Source: Sedimentisphaerales bacterium
GTDB lineage: Bacteria > Planctomycetota > Phycisphaerae > Sedimentisphaerales > Anaerobacaceae
Direction: 5' to 3'
Assembly (NCBI GenBank): GCA_049643445.1
Contig: JBARPZ010000362.1
Span: 1 to 62,294 of the forward strand
DNA length: 62,294 bases
The notes beneath the pieces are model-generated. The model did not search any database. It was given only the letters and a program-made list of their open reading frames with translations, and had not been told where the DNA came from. A program made the position numbers and the translations under genes. Each line of letters opens with the position of its first letter. The stretch's first letter is position 1. This document shows, piece by piece, positions 44,953 through 55,275 of the stretch.

Positions 44953-45717
44953 ATGCTGACCAAGGACCTTGCTATTTGCATACGCGCTCTTGATTATTCA
45001 GAAACATCTCAGATTGTAACATTATTTACCAGGGCAACCGGCAAAATCAAGGCCATCGCTAAAGGTTCGAAAAGGCCCAAATCGGCATTCGACGGGGCCA
45101 TCGAAGTATTCTCTCACGGCAAAATCGTTTTCGCCGATTCAACCAAGGAAAAACTCGCCACCTTGACCGAGTTTGAGCAGCAACCCGGCCTTACACATCT
45201 GAGCGAAAACCTTTTTGCCTTCAACTGTTGTCTGCTTGCCACCGAGCTGCTGAGCAATTTGACAAACGATTACGACCCGCACACCGAGCTTTTCGACAGC
45301 TTCCTGCAATTTCTGCAAAACACTAACGAGCGACAAGCAACGCGCATCGAGAATCGAGAAACGCTTGTCCTGCTCATACTATTTCAGTTGGCCCTGCTCA
45401 AAGAAGTCGGATTACAGCCGATTTTAAGTCACTGTGTGAATTGCAAAACGAAACACGAGAGCAGAGAAACGAGAAACGAGTTATATTTCAGCAGCTCGGC
45501 CAACGGCCTTGTTTGCAGAGACTGTGAAGGGAGCTTTCCGGACAGGATTAGACTGCGCAAAGATTCCTCCGCCTGCCTGACCAACTTGAAAATGCTTGCC
45601 GAATCGAATGAAAAAACGCTGAACGAAGTCGAAAAGATTTTAATCCACCACTTCACCCACACATTAGGGCGTCCGCCCAAAATGGCAAAGTATATTTTAG
45701 AAAACCAAACACCTTAA
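44953..45717 (+). CDS. recO: DNA repair protein RecO
   Basis: It has the N-terminal OB-fold pattern AICIRALDYSETSQIVTLFTRATGKIKAIAKGSKRPKS and the zinc-finger pair CVNCKT...CRDCEG. Confidence 0.85.
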   Translation: MLTKDLAICIRALDYSETSQIVTLFTRATGKIKAIAKGSKRPKSAFDGAIEVFSHGKIVFADSTKEKLATLTEFEQQPGLTHLSENLFAFNCCLLATELLSNLTNDYDPHTELFDSFLQFLQNTNERQATRIENRETLVLLILFQLALLKEVGLQPILSHCVNCKTKHESRETRNELYFSSSANGLVCRDCEGSFPDRIRLRKDSSACLTNLKMLAESNEKTLNEVEKILIHHFTHTLGRPPKMAKYILENQTP

Positions 45718-46991
45718 TAGCTCGAGCTTCTCACTGGATATTTATCCTTTTGAAAACCAGTAGTAATAACAAAGATCATTAAAGCCCCCAAAAACCACAA
45801 AGCCATCAAGGATAGTATCAGACAATCATCAGCAAATCCCCCCAATTGGAACCTTTTGCCGAAAGCACTGCTTCTCAACAAGTCCTCATATCGGCCGGGT
45901 ATATAGAACAGTAAAAACAGACACAGCAGGCTCCAGAGAGTAAGTAAAAAACAGACCAGGGTTGACTTGGTCCTCTTGATACGCCTGGGCTTACGATGTG
46001 AAGGTTTCGATGCAAGGACACTTGCGACCAATTCGTCTTCAAGCGGACCGGCTGGAGCTTCTATGAGATCCCTGAGCTTTTCGGGTTTTTCGTATTCCTC
46101 AATCTCTTCGGATTCAGGAAATCCCTCTAATTCTTCAGGTTCAGGCATCCTCAGGGCTTTGAAGAGTTTTCCGCTTTCCTTGACTCCTTCAGGTTCTTTC
46201 GGCTCCTGAAGTTCCTTGATTTCACTGGGTTCTTCGAATTCATGGAATTCTGCAAAATCCTCAGGTTCCCGTGCTTTCAGGGATTCGACGGGCTCTTCAC
46301 TTTCCCTGACCTCAGGAGTTTCTTCCGGTTCCTGGGATATTTCAGGTTCCTGGGTTTCTTCGGGTTCCTGGGTTTCCAAAGATTCGAACGCTTCTTTGCT
46401 TTCCAGATCTTCCGGAGTTACCTCCGGCTCCTTGAATTCTGCAACTTCCTCAGGTTTCCAGATGTCCTGAAGCCCCTCAAGTTCTGAAGGTTCTTTTGCT
46501 TCCTGGCTCTCCGGGGATTCTAAAACTTTTTCACTTTCCAAGACCCCTTTAGGTTCTTCCGGTTCCGGTAGTTCTTCGGCCTCGGCCAATTCTGGAAATT
46601 CTTCAGGCTCCCGCGTCACCAGAGGTCCGGTGACAGCTGTGTCTTCCAGGTCTTCTTTAAATTGTTTCGTTTCCTCGAGTTCTTTCGGTTCCGGGAGTTC
46701 ATCAAGTTCTGAAGGTCCTGTGGCTTCCTGACTCTCCAAGGATTCAATGGGTGTGTCCCGTTCCGGGGCTTCTTGAGATTCTTCTGGCTCCCGGTTCCCC
46801 ATGGATTCGAAAACTGCTGTGTCTTCCAAGATTTCCCGGGGTTCTTCCGGCTCCCGAATATCTTCGGCTTCCCAGGCTTCCTGACGCAGTTTCTTATCAC
46901 ACTGCTCGCAGACAATACGGCCCTCATATACAAAAGCCTGTTCAGCAATGCCAATGATTCTGCTGCATTCACCGCAATTTTCTTCTTTCAT
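45714..46991 (-). CDS. zinc-ribbon / acidic Pro-Glu repeat / C-terminal membrane-anchor protein
   Basis: 425 aa. It has an N-terminal CGEC...CEQC ribbon. About 300 aa of degenerate (E/Q)EP(E/K)E..E repeats follow, also visible as ~18-21-nt DNA periodicity (e.g. 46318-46380). The C-terminus has 2 TM helices (LVCFLLTLWSLLCLFLLFYI; LILSLMALWFLGALMIFVI). It lies downstream of ruvB on the same strand. Confidence 0.65.
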   Translation of the reverse strand: MKEENCGECSRIIGIAEQAFVYEGRIVCEQCDKKLRQEAWEAEDIREPEEPREILEDTAVFESMGNREPEESQEAPERDTPIESLESQEATGPSELDELPEPKELEETKQFKEDLEDTAVTGPLVTREPEEFPELAEAEELPEPEEPKGVLESEKVLESPESQEAKEPSELEGLQDIWKPEEVAEFKEPEVTPEDLESKEAFESLETQEPEETQEPEISQEPEETPEVRESEEPVESLKAREPEDFAEFHEFEEPSEIKELQEPKEPEGVKESGKLFKALRMPEPEELEGFPESEEIEEYEKPEKLRDLIEAPAGPLEDELVASVLASKPSHRKPRRIKRTKSTLVCFLLTLWSLLCLFLLFYIPGRYEDLLRSSAFGKRFQLGGFADDCLILSLMALWFLGALMIFVITTGFQKDKYPVRSSSY

Positions 46992-47042
46992 ATTGTCAAA
47001 CCCTATCCCCAGCGTCAGCAGAAGTGTTCAAGCTTTTTGATT

Positions 47043-48095
47043 TTACTGCCTGTCCTTCTCAAACAATCCTGCCTGTTCAGAATCGGCTTTCTTTTTATGG
47101 AACTTTAGCCCTAAATGTTTAGTGGCTGCCTTGGTAATTTCCCTGCCCCTCTTGGTTCGCCTCAAAAAGCCGATTTGCAAAAGATACGGCTCAACCACAT
47201 CTTCGAGAGTGTCCCTTTCTTCGCCGAGCGTTGCTGCAATCGCGTCAATACCGGCCGGCCCCCCGTCATAGACATTAACCAACGCACGCAAAAACGCCCT
47301 GTCCAGCTCATCCAGGCCCAACGAATCTATCTGCTCCATCGCCAGCGCGCTTTCGACAATCCCGATACTAAAAACCCCTGAGCCTTTAACCTGAGCGTAA
47401 TCACGCACACGCCTTAACAATCGATTCGCCACCCGCGGCGCGCCACGAGACCGCCCTGCTATCAACTCCAGCGTCCCGTCCTCACACTGCAATTGGAGCA
47501 GGTTCGCCGACCTGCTTAAAATCGCAGCCAGCTCTTCGCGGGTATAAAAATCCAGATGATACAACATCCCAAACCGACCGCGAAGCGGAGCACTCAGCAA
47601 CCCCGCCCGTGTTGTTGCACCTACCAAAGTAAAACGCTTCAGCGGAAAATTTATCGTCTTTGCGTGCAGACCGCTGTCAACAGTAAAGTCGACCCTGAAC
47701 TCCTCCATCGCAGGATAAATAAACTCTTCGACCGGGGTGCTGAGGCGGTGAATCTCATCGATGAAGAGCACATCGCCCGTGTTTACATTGCTCAAAAGCC
47801 CCATCACGTCACCGGCCTTTACCAAAGCCGGCCCTGATGAGCCGCGCAGCCTTGCCCCCATCTCGTTCGCTACAACATTAGCTAACGTCGTCTTGCCGAG
47901 GCCGGGCGGGCCATAAAACAGGATATGCTCCAACGGCTCAGACCTTTGCTTGGCCGCTGTTATGGCAATTGTCAGCTTTTCTCTAACATTGCATTGGCCC
48001 ACACACTCATCCAGGAACTTTGGCCGAAGTGAAACGTTAAAGCTCTCTTCTACCTCATTCAAAGACTGCCCACTTATGATTCTGCCTATTGCCAT
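47043..48095 (-). CDS. ruvB: Holliday junction branch migration helicase RuvB
   Basis: It has Walker A GPPGLGKTTLA, DVLFIDEIHRL and the GATTRAGLLSAPLRGRFG sensor region. Confidence 0.95.
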   Translation of the reverse strand: MAIGRIISGQSLNEVEESFNVSLRPKFLDECVGQCNVREKLTIAITAAKQRSEPLEHILFYGPPGLGKTTLANVVANEMGARLRGSSGPALVKAGDVMGLLSNVNTGDVLFIDEIHRLSTPVEEFIYPAMEEFRVDFTVDSGLHAKTINFPLKRFTLVGATTRAGLLSAPLRGRFGMLYHLDFYTREELAAILSRSANLLQLQCEDGTLELIAGRSRGAPRVANRLLRRVRDYAQVKGSGVFSIGIVESALAMEQIDSLGLDELDRAFLRALVNVYDGGPAGIDAIAATLGEERDTLEDVVEPYLLQIGFLRRTKRGREITKAATKHLGLKFHKKKADSEQAGLFEKDRQ

Positions 48096-48141
48096 AGTAT
48101 CAACACCAAAAATTCGAATATCGAATTTCGTATTTCTTTTT

Positions 48142-48771
48142 TCAAACTGCCACTCCCTGCTTCAATCTGTACACCAAAGGCACCAGATCCTCGGCCGATT
48201 CCACATCAGGATTTTTATGAGAGGCCAACTCAATCAACTCTATCGCATCAGTTCTTTTTTCACCCCAAGCGATAAGTATCTCCAGGGCTTCAGCCTGAAA
48301 CGGCTTCAATCTCGCTTCCGCCGGCCTGCCCGCTTCGGCTCCAACCGCGAAAGTTTGCAGCTTGCCTTTTAGTTCGGCGATAATCTGCTGGGACATCCTC
48401 TTGCCCACGGCCGGAAGTGACATCAGCATCTTATCATCGGCGTTCTCAATCGCAGCCGCTATCGTAGCTATCGGAATACTCAACGAGCGCAATCCCTTTT
48501 TTATACCCATTCCTTTGACGCTGATAAATTTGGTGAAAAAATCCCTCTCGCCCGCATTCAAAAAACCGACCATCCTGGGTATCAGATTTCCGCCGCCCGG
48601 CGTACCCTCATAGTATTCCATCGTGCAGAGGGTAATATCGGCGCCGATTTTGTCCGATAGTGCATCAATACAATAGCTGGGCAGCATCACTTCATACCCG
48701 ACCGCCCCTACCTGCACCAGGGCGCTGCCGCTGTCGAGTTTGACAAGTTGTCCTTCAACCCTTGCTATCAT
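48142..48771 (-). CDS. ruvA: Holliday junction DNA-binding protein RuvA
   Basis: It has MIARVEGQLVKLD...VGYEV and the HhH region FISVKGMGIKKGLRSLS...LPAVGKRMSQQIIAELK. It lies upstream of ruvB. Confidence 0.9.
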   Translation of the reverse strand: MIARVEGQLVKLDSGSALVQVGAVGYEVMLPSYCIDALSDKIGADITLCTMEYYEGTPGGGNLIPRMVGFLNAGERDFFTKFISVKGMGIKKGLRSLSIPIATIAAAIENADDKMLMSLPAVGKRMSQQIIAELKGKLQTFAVGAEAGRPAEARLKPFQAEALEILIAWGEKRTDAIELIELASHKNPDVESAEDLVPLVYRLKQGVAV

Positions 48772-49053
48772 ATACCCTCGTCATTATCGGTCCGCCCAAC
48801 AGAACTAATCTTATGGCCTTTTAGCACCCGGCCTTGCCGGCATTTCTTTATAAACAGTAACAACTATACGTAGAATCATCAAGCGAAAATATCGCTATTT
48901 TCTTTATCGGCCATCCAGACCTACACCTCACATCCCGAGCTTAGCACCCGTTTTTGCCTTCGCAATCCGCAGGATACTTCTCTGCAGAAAGAACAGACAC
49001 GAAGTCGGATGGGCAGAAATCTTACAGCCAATCCAAAATCATCCTTCCGTGCC

Positions 49054-51588
49054 TTACCCGCTATGGCCCCAGGGCTCGATAGCTTCCATTGCGACCTGTA
49101 CGGGCCGGACCTGCCACACTCGGCGGCAGTAATCGCGGATGGACCGGTCGGAAGAGAACTTGCCCATGCGTGCAACGTTGATGATGGATTTTCGCGTCCA
49201 TGTCTGCGGATCGTGCCAGAGCGTGCCCACCTGCGTCTGACATTCGACGTATGATTGGTAATCAGCCAGCACCAGGAACGGGTCGCTTCCGAGGAGGTTG
49301 TCCACGAGCGGACGAAAGAGGTTCGTGTCACCGCCGGCCAGCGCGCCGGAGGCGACGAAGTCCAGCACCTCACGCAGGGCAGGGTCCTGCTCGTAGATAC
49401 CCCGTGGATAATAGGCGCACGCCTTGATGTCTCGGGCCTGGTCTGCCGTCAGTCCGAACAGGAAGAAGTTGTCGGGGCCGACCTCCTCACGGATTTCGAC
49501 ATTTGCGCCGTCCAGTGTGCCGATGGTTAGGGCACCGTTCAGAGAGAACTTCATATTGCCGGTCCCGGAGGCCTCCTTGCCGGCCATAGAAATCTGCTCG
49601 GAGAGGTCGGCGGCGGGATAGAGAGGCTGGGCGTTCTTGACGTTGTGGTCGGGGAAGAACACGACCTTCAGGCGGTCAGATACGGCGGGGTCATTGTTGA
49701 CGATGTCGGCGACGGAGCTTATCAGCTTTATGATGAGCTTTGCCATGAAATAACCCGGCGCGGCCTTTCCGCCGAAGATGAATGTTCTGGCCGGTATGTC
49801 GGCCTGCGGATCGCGCTTCAGGTCCAGGTAGAGCGTGAGGATATGGAGCACATTGAGGTGCTGGCGTTTGTACTCGTGGATGCGCTTGGCCTGGATATCA
49901 AAGAGCGACGCCGGGTCCACTGTTATGCCGCACCGCTGCTCGATGAGCTCGGCAAGCCTGCATTTGGCGGTCTGTTTTACGCGGCGCCATTGCTGCCGGA
50001 ATTCGTCGTCATCGGCGAACTTCTCAAGCTTGCGGAGCATGTCCAGGTCGTGGAGCCAGCCATCACCGACACAGTCGGTGAGCAGTTGGGCAAGCGGCGG
50101 GTTGCTGAGCGCAACGAAGCGCCGTGGGGTGACACCATTGGTGACGTTGCAAAATTTCCGGGGCCACATCTCGGCGAAGTCGCGCATCACGTACTTTTTG
50201 AGGAGATTGGAGTGCAGTTCGGCCACTCCGTTGACGCAGTGGCTGCCGACTGCGGCGAGGTTGGCCATGCGCACGGAGCGCGCGCCGGATTCGTCGATGA
50301 GTGACATTCGGCTTATGCGCGGCTCGTCATCAGGGAAGCGCGCGCGTACCTCTTGAAGGAACCGATGGTTAATGGCATAGATAATCTGCAGATGTCGCGG
50401 CAGGAGCCGGCCGAAGAGCGATGCGGGCCAGGTCTCCAGTGCCTCAGGCAGGAGGGTATGGTTGGTGTAGGCGAACGTATTTCGCGTGACCTCCCATGCA
50501 GTGTCCCAGTCCATGAGGTGCTCGTCAACGAGCAGACGCATGAGCTCGGCGACTGCAATGGCCGGGTGCGTGTCGTTGAGCTGCACGGCCCAGCATGTGT
50601 GGAAGTTCTCAAGGGGCCGACCTAACGTCAGGTGCAGGCGGATCATGTCCTGCAACGAACAAGTGACAAAAAAGAACTGCTGCTGAAGCCGTAAGACTTT
50701 ACCCTCACCATGCTCGTCATTGGGGTAGAGAACCTTGGTAATGTTTTCGGAGACCATCTTGTCTTCGACGGCTCGATAGTAGTCACCGTGGTTGAACGCG
50801 GCGAAGTCGAAGGACTCCACGGCCTCTGCTTTCCAGAGACGCAGGCGATTGCAGGTGCCCACACGATAACCCAGGATGGGGGTATCATAGGCCACGCCCT
50901 TGACGACGGTATCCGGCACCCAACGCACGCGGTAACGAGACCGGGCGTCCGTCCAGCTCTCTGTGCGTCCTCCGAACGGGACATCGAAGGCCAACTCCGG
51001 GCGCATTATCTCCCAGGGATTGCCGTAGCGAAGCCATTTATCGGTGATCTCCACCTGCCAGCCGTCGCGGATGACCTGATCGAAGATACCGAACTCGTAT
51101 CGTATGCCGTATCCGATGGCCGGTATCTCGACCGAGGCGAGCGAATCCAGGTAACAGGAAGCCAAGCGGCCAAGTCCTCCATTGCCGAGTCCCGGTTCCT
51201 CCTCCTGCTCAAAGAGTTCGTCCAGATTCACGCCGAGTCTGGCCATCGCCTTACGCGTCTGATCCATGATGCCGAGGTTTAGCAGGTTGTTGGCCAGATG
51301 GGGTCCTGGCAGGAACTCGGCCGAGAGGTATGCCACAACGCGTGCATCCTGCTCGGTATAGGTTTCCAGCGTTCGCACACCCTGCTTGAGCACACGGTCC
51401 CGGACGGTCAACGCGAGGGCGGTGTACAGGTCGTTGGGCGTGGCGGCCCTGGATACCCGTCCCATACCGCAAAAGAGGTTGTCGAGAAATGAGCGTTCAA
51501 TGTCCTCGGTGCGTGAGCCTGTACGTACGCCAGTGGCCGGGGCGCGCTTACGCGAATCTCGGCGGCACTTCTTCCTGCCTGAAGACAT
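49054..51588 (-). CDS. glgP: glycogen/maltodextrin phosphorylase
   Basis: 844 aa with the PLP-site block EASGTGNMKFSLNGALTIGTLDGANVE, GNGGLGRLA and HEYKRQ. Confidence 0.95.
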   Translation of the reverse strand: MSSGRKKCRRDSRKRAPATGVRTGSRTEDIERSFLDNLFCGMGRVSRAATPNDLYTALALTVRDRVLKQGVRTLETYTEQDARVVAYLSAEFLPGPHLANNLLNLGIMDQTRKAMARLGVNLDELFEQEEEPGLGNGGLGRLASCYLDSLASVEIPAIGYGIRYEFGIFDQVIRDGWQVEITDKWLRYGNPWEIMRPELAFDVPFGGRTESWTDARSRYRVRWVPDTVVKGVAYDTPILGYRVGTCNRLRLWKAEAVESFDFAAFNHGDYYRAVEDKMVSENITKVLYPNDEHGEGKVLRLQQQFFFVTCSLQDMIRLHLTLGRPLENFHTCWAVQLNDTHPAIAVAELMRLLVDEHLMDWDTAWEVTRNTFAYTNHTLLPEALETWPASLFGRLLPRHLQIIYAINHRFLQEVRARFPDDEPRISRMSLIDESGARSVRMANLAAVGSHCVNGVAELHSNLLKKYVMRDFAEMWPRKFCNVTNGVTPRRFVALSNPPLAQLLTDCVGDGWLHDLDMLRKLEKFADDDEFRQQWRRVKQTAKCRLAELIEQRCGITVDPASLFDIQAKRIHEYKRQHLNVLHILTLYLDLKRDPQADIPARTFIFGGKAAPGYFMAKLIIKLISSVADIVNNDPAVSDRLKVVFFPDHNVKNAQPLYPAADLSEQISMAGKEASGTGNMKFSLNGALTIGTLDGANVEIREEVGPDNFFLFGLTADQARDIKACAYYPRGIYEQDPALREVLDFVASGALAGGDTNLFRPLVDNLLGSDPFLVLADYQSYVECQTQVGTLWHDPQTWTRKSIINVARMGKFSSDRSIRDYCRRVWQVRPVQVAMEAIEPWGHSG

Positions 51589-51896
51589 AAGTGATTCCTT
51601 TCTGCATATCGCCGATTTTGCGTACCACTTTAACGCCCGCCCCGTATCCTGTCAATTGATATCCATGCCGAATCAGCCTTTGCGTATGAGTGGCTTCGTA
51701 GGAATGAATCCGCTAATTCCATAATCCTCCAATTCAACCTTGCGGCTGTAACCAAATACGCTATACTTTCCATTTTGAAGCCGCCTGTTATAAAGGTTAT
51801 TCTGGCGTTTTATTACGACAACTGATATTATTGGGCAGTAAACGGGCTCATACTCTAACCGATACGGCAAGTGTCAATCGGTGTCGAAAGGGAACT

Positions 51897-53375
51897 ATGG
51901 GATTGAAACTTTATAACAGTCTGACAAGAAGGAAAGAGGAATTCAAGCCGTTGGAGGAAGGCCGGGTTGGAATCTACGTCTGCGGCCCAACCGTCTACGG
52001 CCACCCGCATTTAGGACATGCAAAAAGTTACGTCAGCTTTGACATCCTGGTTCGATACCTTCGCTACCTCGGATACAGCGTTACTTACGTCCAGAATATA
52101 ACCGACGTGGGCCACTTGACCGACGATGCCGATGAAGGTGAGGACAAGCTCGTCGTCGCTGCCAAAAAGGAAAAGAAGCACCCAATGGCCCTGGCCGAGT
52201 ACTATACGCGAAGTTACTTCGAGGACATGGACCGGTTAAATTGTCATCGCCCCGACATTTCTCCACGAGCCACCGGACACATCATCGAGCAGATTGAACT
52301 CGTAAAGATACTCCTGGAAAAGGGCTATGCGTACGAAGTCAACGGCTCGGTCTATTTCGAGGTCGCAAAATTCCCCGATTATGGAAAGCTTTCGAGGCGA
52401 AATCTCGATGAAATGTTGGAAGGCGTCCGAGTTAAGGTCTCACCCGACAAAAAGGCACCCGCAGATTTCGCCCTCTGGAAGAAAGCTGAGCCGAACCACA
52501 TTATGCAATGGCCCAGCCCCTGGGGCCCCGGCTTCCCAGGCTGGCATCTGGAATGTTCGGTGATGAGTATGAAATATCTGGGCAAGACAATCGACATCCA
52601 TGGCGGAGGCCTGGAAAACCAGTTCCCACATCACGACTGCGAAATCGCCCAGTCAGAGGCAGCCAACGGCGTGCAGTTCGTGCGGCTCTGGATGCACAAT
52701 AATATGATTACCGTTGACAATCAAAAGATGGGTAAGAGTTTGAATAATTTTATTACTCTTAAGCAGGCTTTTGCAGGTGCACACGAAAGATTGACCAGAA
52801 GCTACGACCCGCTCGCGGTTAGGCAATTGATTTTGAACAGCCATTACAGAAGTCCGCTGGATTTTTCGGATGCTGCTCTGTTTGCTGCGCAAAGCGGCTA
52901 CCAAAAAATAACCGAAGCGGTTAAAGCGGTGCGAAAGAGAATGTCCACGGCAGTCGAAGGGCAGGCTGATAAAAAGACGGCCAAGCATCTGAAACAATTG
53001 AGAGTAAAATTTGAAGCGGCAATGAATGATGATTTAAATACCTCTGTCGCACTGTCGGTTTTGTTTGAACTTGTTCGACTGACGCAGGTACTGCTCGAAG
53101 ACAGCAATACAAACGTGGGAGCTCTTAACCTGGTTGATGTTCTTTTTGACCGGCTTGGCGGGGAGGTTCTGGGTATCGTAAAGGATGAATATCCTCAAGC
53201 CGGGGCGGATGATGATGAAGTAGTGGACAAGCTGGTTGATGTTGTGATTCAGCAGCGAAATGAAGCCCGCGCAAATAAGGATTTTGCAAAGGGCGATGAG
53301 CTCCGTGCCAAGCTCGATGAAATCGGCATTGTGCTGGAAGATAAGCAGGATGTAACCACATGGAGGACCAAATGA
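51897..53375 (+). CDS. cysS: cysteine--tRNA ligase
   Basis: I moved the start to ATG 51897 (MGLKLYNSLTRRKEEF); the ORF track opens at TTG 51831. It has the HIGH motif HPHLGHA and the KMSKS motif KMGKS. Confidence 0.95.
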   Translation: MGLKLYNSLTRRKEEFKPLEEGRVGIYVCGPTVYGHPHLGHAKSYVSFDILVRYLRYLGYSVTYVQNITDVGHLTDDADEGEDKLVVAAKKEKKHPMALAEYYTRSYFEDMDRLNCHRPDISPRATGHIIEQIELVKILLEKGYAYEVNGSVYFEVAKFPDYGKLSRRNLDEMLEGVRVKVSPDKKAPADFALWKKAEPNHIMQWPSPWGPGFPGWHLECSVMSMKYLGKTIDIHGGGLENQFPHHDCEIAQSEAANGVQFVRLWMHNNMITVDNQKMGKSLNNFITLKQAFAGAHERLTRSYDPLAVRQLILNSHYRSPLDFSDAALFAAQSGYQKITEAVKAVRKRMSTAVEGQADKKTAKHLKQLRVKFEAAMNDDLNTSVALSVLFELVRLTQVLLEDSNTNVGALNLVDVLFDRLGGEVLGIVKDEYPQAGADDDEVVDKLVDVVIQQRNEARANKDFAKGDELRAKLDEIGIVLEDKQDVTTWRTK

Positions 53376-53872
53376 GGATACTCGGCATCGATCCGGGTTT
53401 GCAGGTCTGTGGATATGCCTGCCTGGAGATAGGCCGGGATAAGGAAAAGTTAATTGAAGCGGGGATTATTCGTACAGACAGTGGCTCGGCCATAGAAGAA
53501 AAGCTCAACAGGATAGCGGAGGATACGGAGTCGCTGTTGAAAAGTTTTCGGCCTGGTGTTGTTGCAGTGGAAGAATTGTACGCACACTATGCACATCCAA
53601 GGACGGCGATATTGATGGGGCATGCGAGGGGAGTTATTCTGCAAAAATGTGCGGAGGCGGCCATTGAGGTCAGGAGCTTTAGCGCGACGCGCATCAAAAA
53701 ATCAATCACCGGAAACGGGAGGGCATCAAAAGGACAAATCCAAAGGACGATTCAAACTATTCTGTCTTTGCCCAAGCTGCCTGAACCGAACGATGTGGCA
53801 GATGCTATCGCAGCGGCGATGTGTTGTGTCAATTCGATGAAGACATCGAGATACTCAATGCGAGATGCGTAG
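53372..53872 (+). CDS. ruvC: crossover junction endodeoxyribonuclease RuvC
   Basis: It has MRILGIDPGLQVCGYA...VAVEELY. ATG 53372 overlaps the cysS stop (ATGA). Confidence 0.9.
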   Translation: MRILGIDPGLQVCGYACLEIGRDKEKLIEAGIIRTDSGSAIEEKLNRIAEDTESLLKSFRPGVVAVEELYAHYAHPRTAILMGHARGVILQKCAEAAIEVRSFSATRIKKSITGNGRASKGQIQRTIQTILSLPKLPEPNDVADAIAAAMCCVNSMKTSRYSMRDA

Positions 53873-53976
53873 ATGAGGATTAGTCGATAGTATTTAGTCG
53901 TAGGTATTTAGTGATGAGGGATTATTATCATTCGGAGGCCAGAACCTTCGCTTTGCTCAGGATGACAAGGTATATT

Positions 53977-54993
53977 TCAGATTTCAGATTTGGGTAGAAA
54001 ATGGCTGAGCTGGCGCAGGGCACCATTTAGCTGCTCAATGCTCATTGCCAGCGACTCTTTCGACTGCTGAAGATTCATCATTGCGGCCTGAACCTTTTGC
54101 CTGGCTGTAATCATCTCGCTGCCCTGGTTAGAACGAGGATTGTAGTCGGTGGCGAGGACCGCGGCCAGTGCCTGAACCGCTACCTGTGCCTTTTTCAAGA
54201 CCTCATCGAGTTGTGCCATGGCTTCATTATTAGCGGCTATGGTTTCCTGAATGCTTTTGATGACAATCCTTGTGTTATCAAAGGTGTGCCTGTATCGGGC
54301 GACTCCTTCCTGATAAGTCTGTCTGACCTGGCCGGACGAGAAGGGTCTATCGTAGATTGCCACATCGTCAATCATGCCGTTGAAGCATCCGGTCTTTGTT
54401 GCCGCATCGGCTCCGATTACGATTGCCTGTGGTCTGTTATCAGCGGACAGGTCAGAGGCGGAATTATCCAGGAGTCCGTTTATATAAATCGCGATGTTGC
54501 CGAAGGCACTTGTGACAACGGCAATGTGATACCAACAGCCGGGCCTTATCCTGGCTTTACTGTCGATGTAGTTGAATGAGTTGAAGCCCGCCCTGATGTG
54601 CGGATTCCCATCGCCATTTGGGTCGTACAACTCAAGCCAGTTATTATTACCGTCGCCGCCTTCGTCGATGAGATAGACGCCGTCGGAGGCCAGAGACTTT
54701 ATATATATCCAGAGCATTTTTGTCTGCTCGGCCGACAGTTCGGGGATCCGGCCCACTTCGAGATAGTCACCGTAGCCGTCGAGCTGCAGCGCCTTGCCGA
54801 ACGAACCAGTTACCCACACGGGATTGCCACGAATCGCCGCGTGCCTGCCGCCGAGCGAATCGAATGCCGTTTTGCCGCGGCCTTCGTTGAACCTCCAACA
54901 GGACGAGCTGCCCAACGCAAGCCCGGAAAGTAACGATAGCACCACAACCGGCACAACTTTAACCAGGATATTCGTGTTTCTTGTCATCTCCAC
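53977..54993 (-). CDS. secreted LamG (concanavalin A-like lectin) domain protein with a C-terminal coiled coil
   Basis: It has a signal peptide and FGKALQLDGYGDYLEVG...WYHIAVV...IYINGLL...FNGMIDDVAIYDRPFS. The C-terminal ~90 aa is helical and Ala/Gln-rich. Confidence 0.65.
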   Translation of the reverse strand: MEMTRNTNILVKVVPVVVLSLLSGLALGSSSCWRFNEGRGKTAFDSLGGRHAAIRGNPVWVTGSFGKALQLDGYGDYLEVGRIPELSAEQTKMLWIYIKSLASDGVYLIDEGGDGNNNWLELYDPNGDGNPHIRAGFNSFNYIDSKARIRPGCWYHIAVVTSAFGNIAIYINGLLDNSASDLSADNRPQAIVIGADAATKTGCFNGMIDDVAIYDRPFSSGQVRQTYQEGVARYRHTFDNTRIVIKSIQETIAANNEAMAQLDEVLKKAQVAVQALAAVLATDYNPRSNQGSEMITARQKVQAAMMNLQQSKESLAMSIEQLNGALRQLSHFLPKSEI

Positions 54994-55124
54994 GTCCTTT
55001 CAAAACAGAACAATATACAACTAAGCTCGATAGGGGGGCATTGGTATTGCCCCCGCTCAATATATTAGGACGACTATCGGCTGTAACGGTTGACAGAAAA
55101 ATTAAACTTACACATCAAAAATCA

Positions 55125-55162
55125 AATTTTGAAGATGGATTCCTGCTGCCTGCCTTCGCAGG
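55125..55162 (+). repeat. short intergenic word repeat (copy 1) flanking the FGE-like gene
   Basis: AAATTTTGAAGATGGATTCCTGCTGCCTGCCTTCGCAGG is similar to 56641-56687. Confidence 0.5.
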
Positions 55163-55275
55163 TACAAGCTGCGACATGCAGGGACAAGAGGGGCAGGGGG
55201 TGCTGTAATTTGACATAGAGAGGATATAATTATTTTCACGCGTGCGCAACATAAATTTTGCACACCTTAGCCTGT

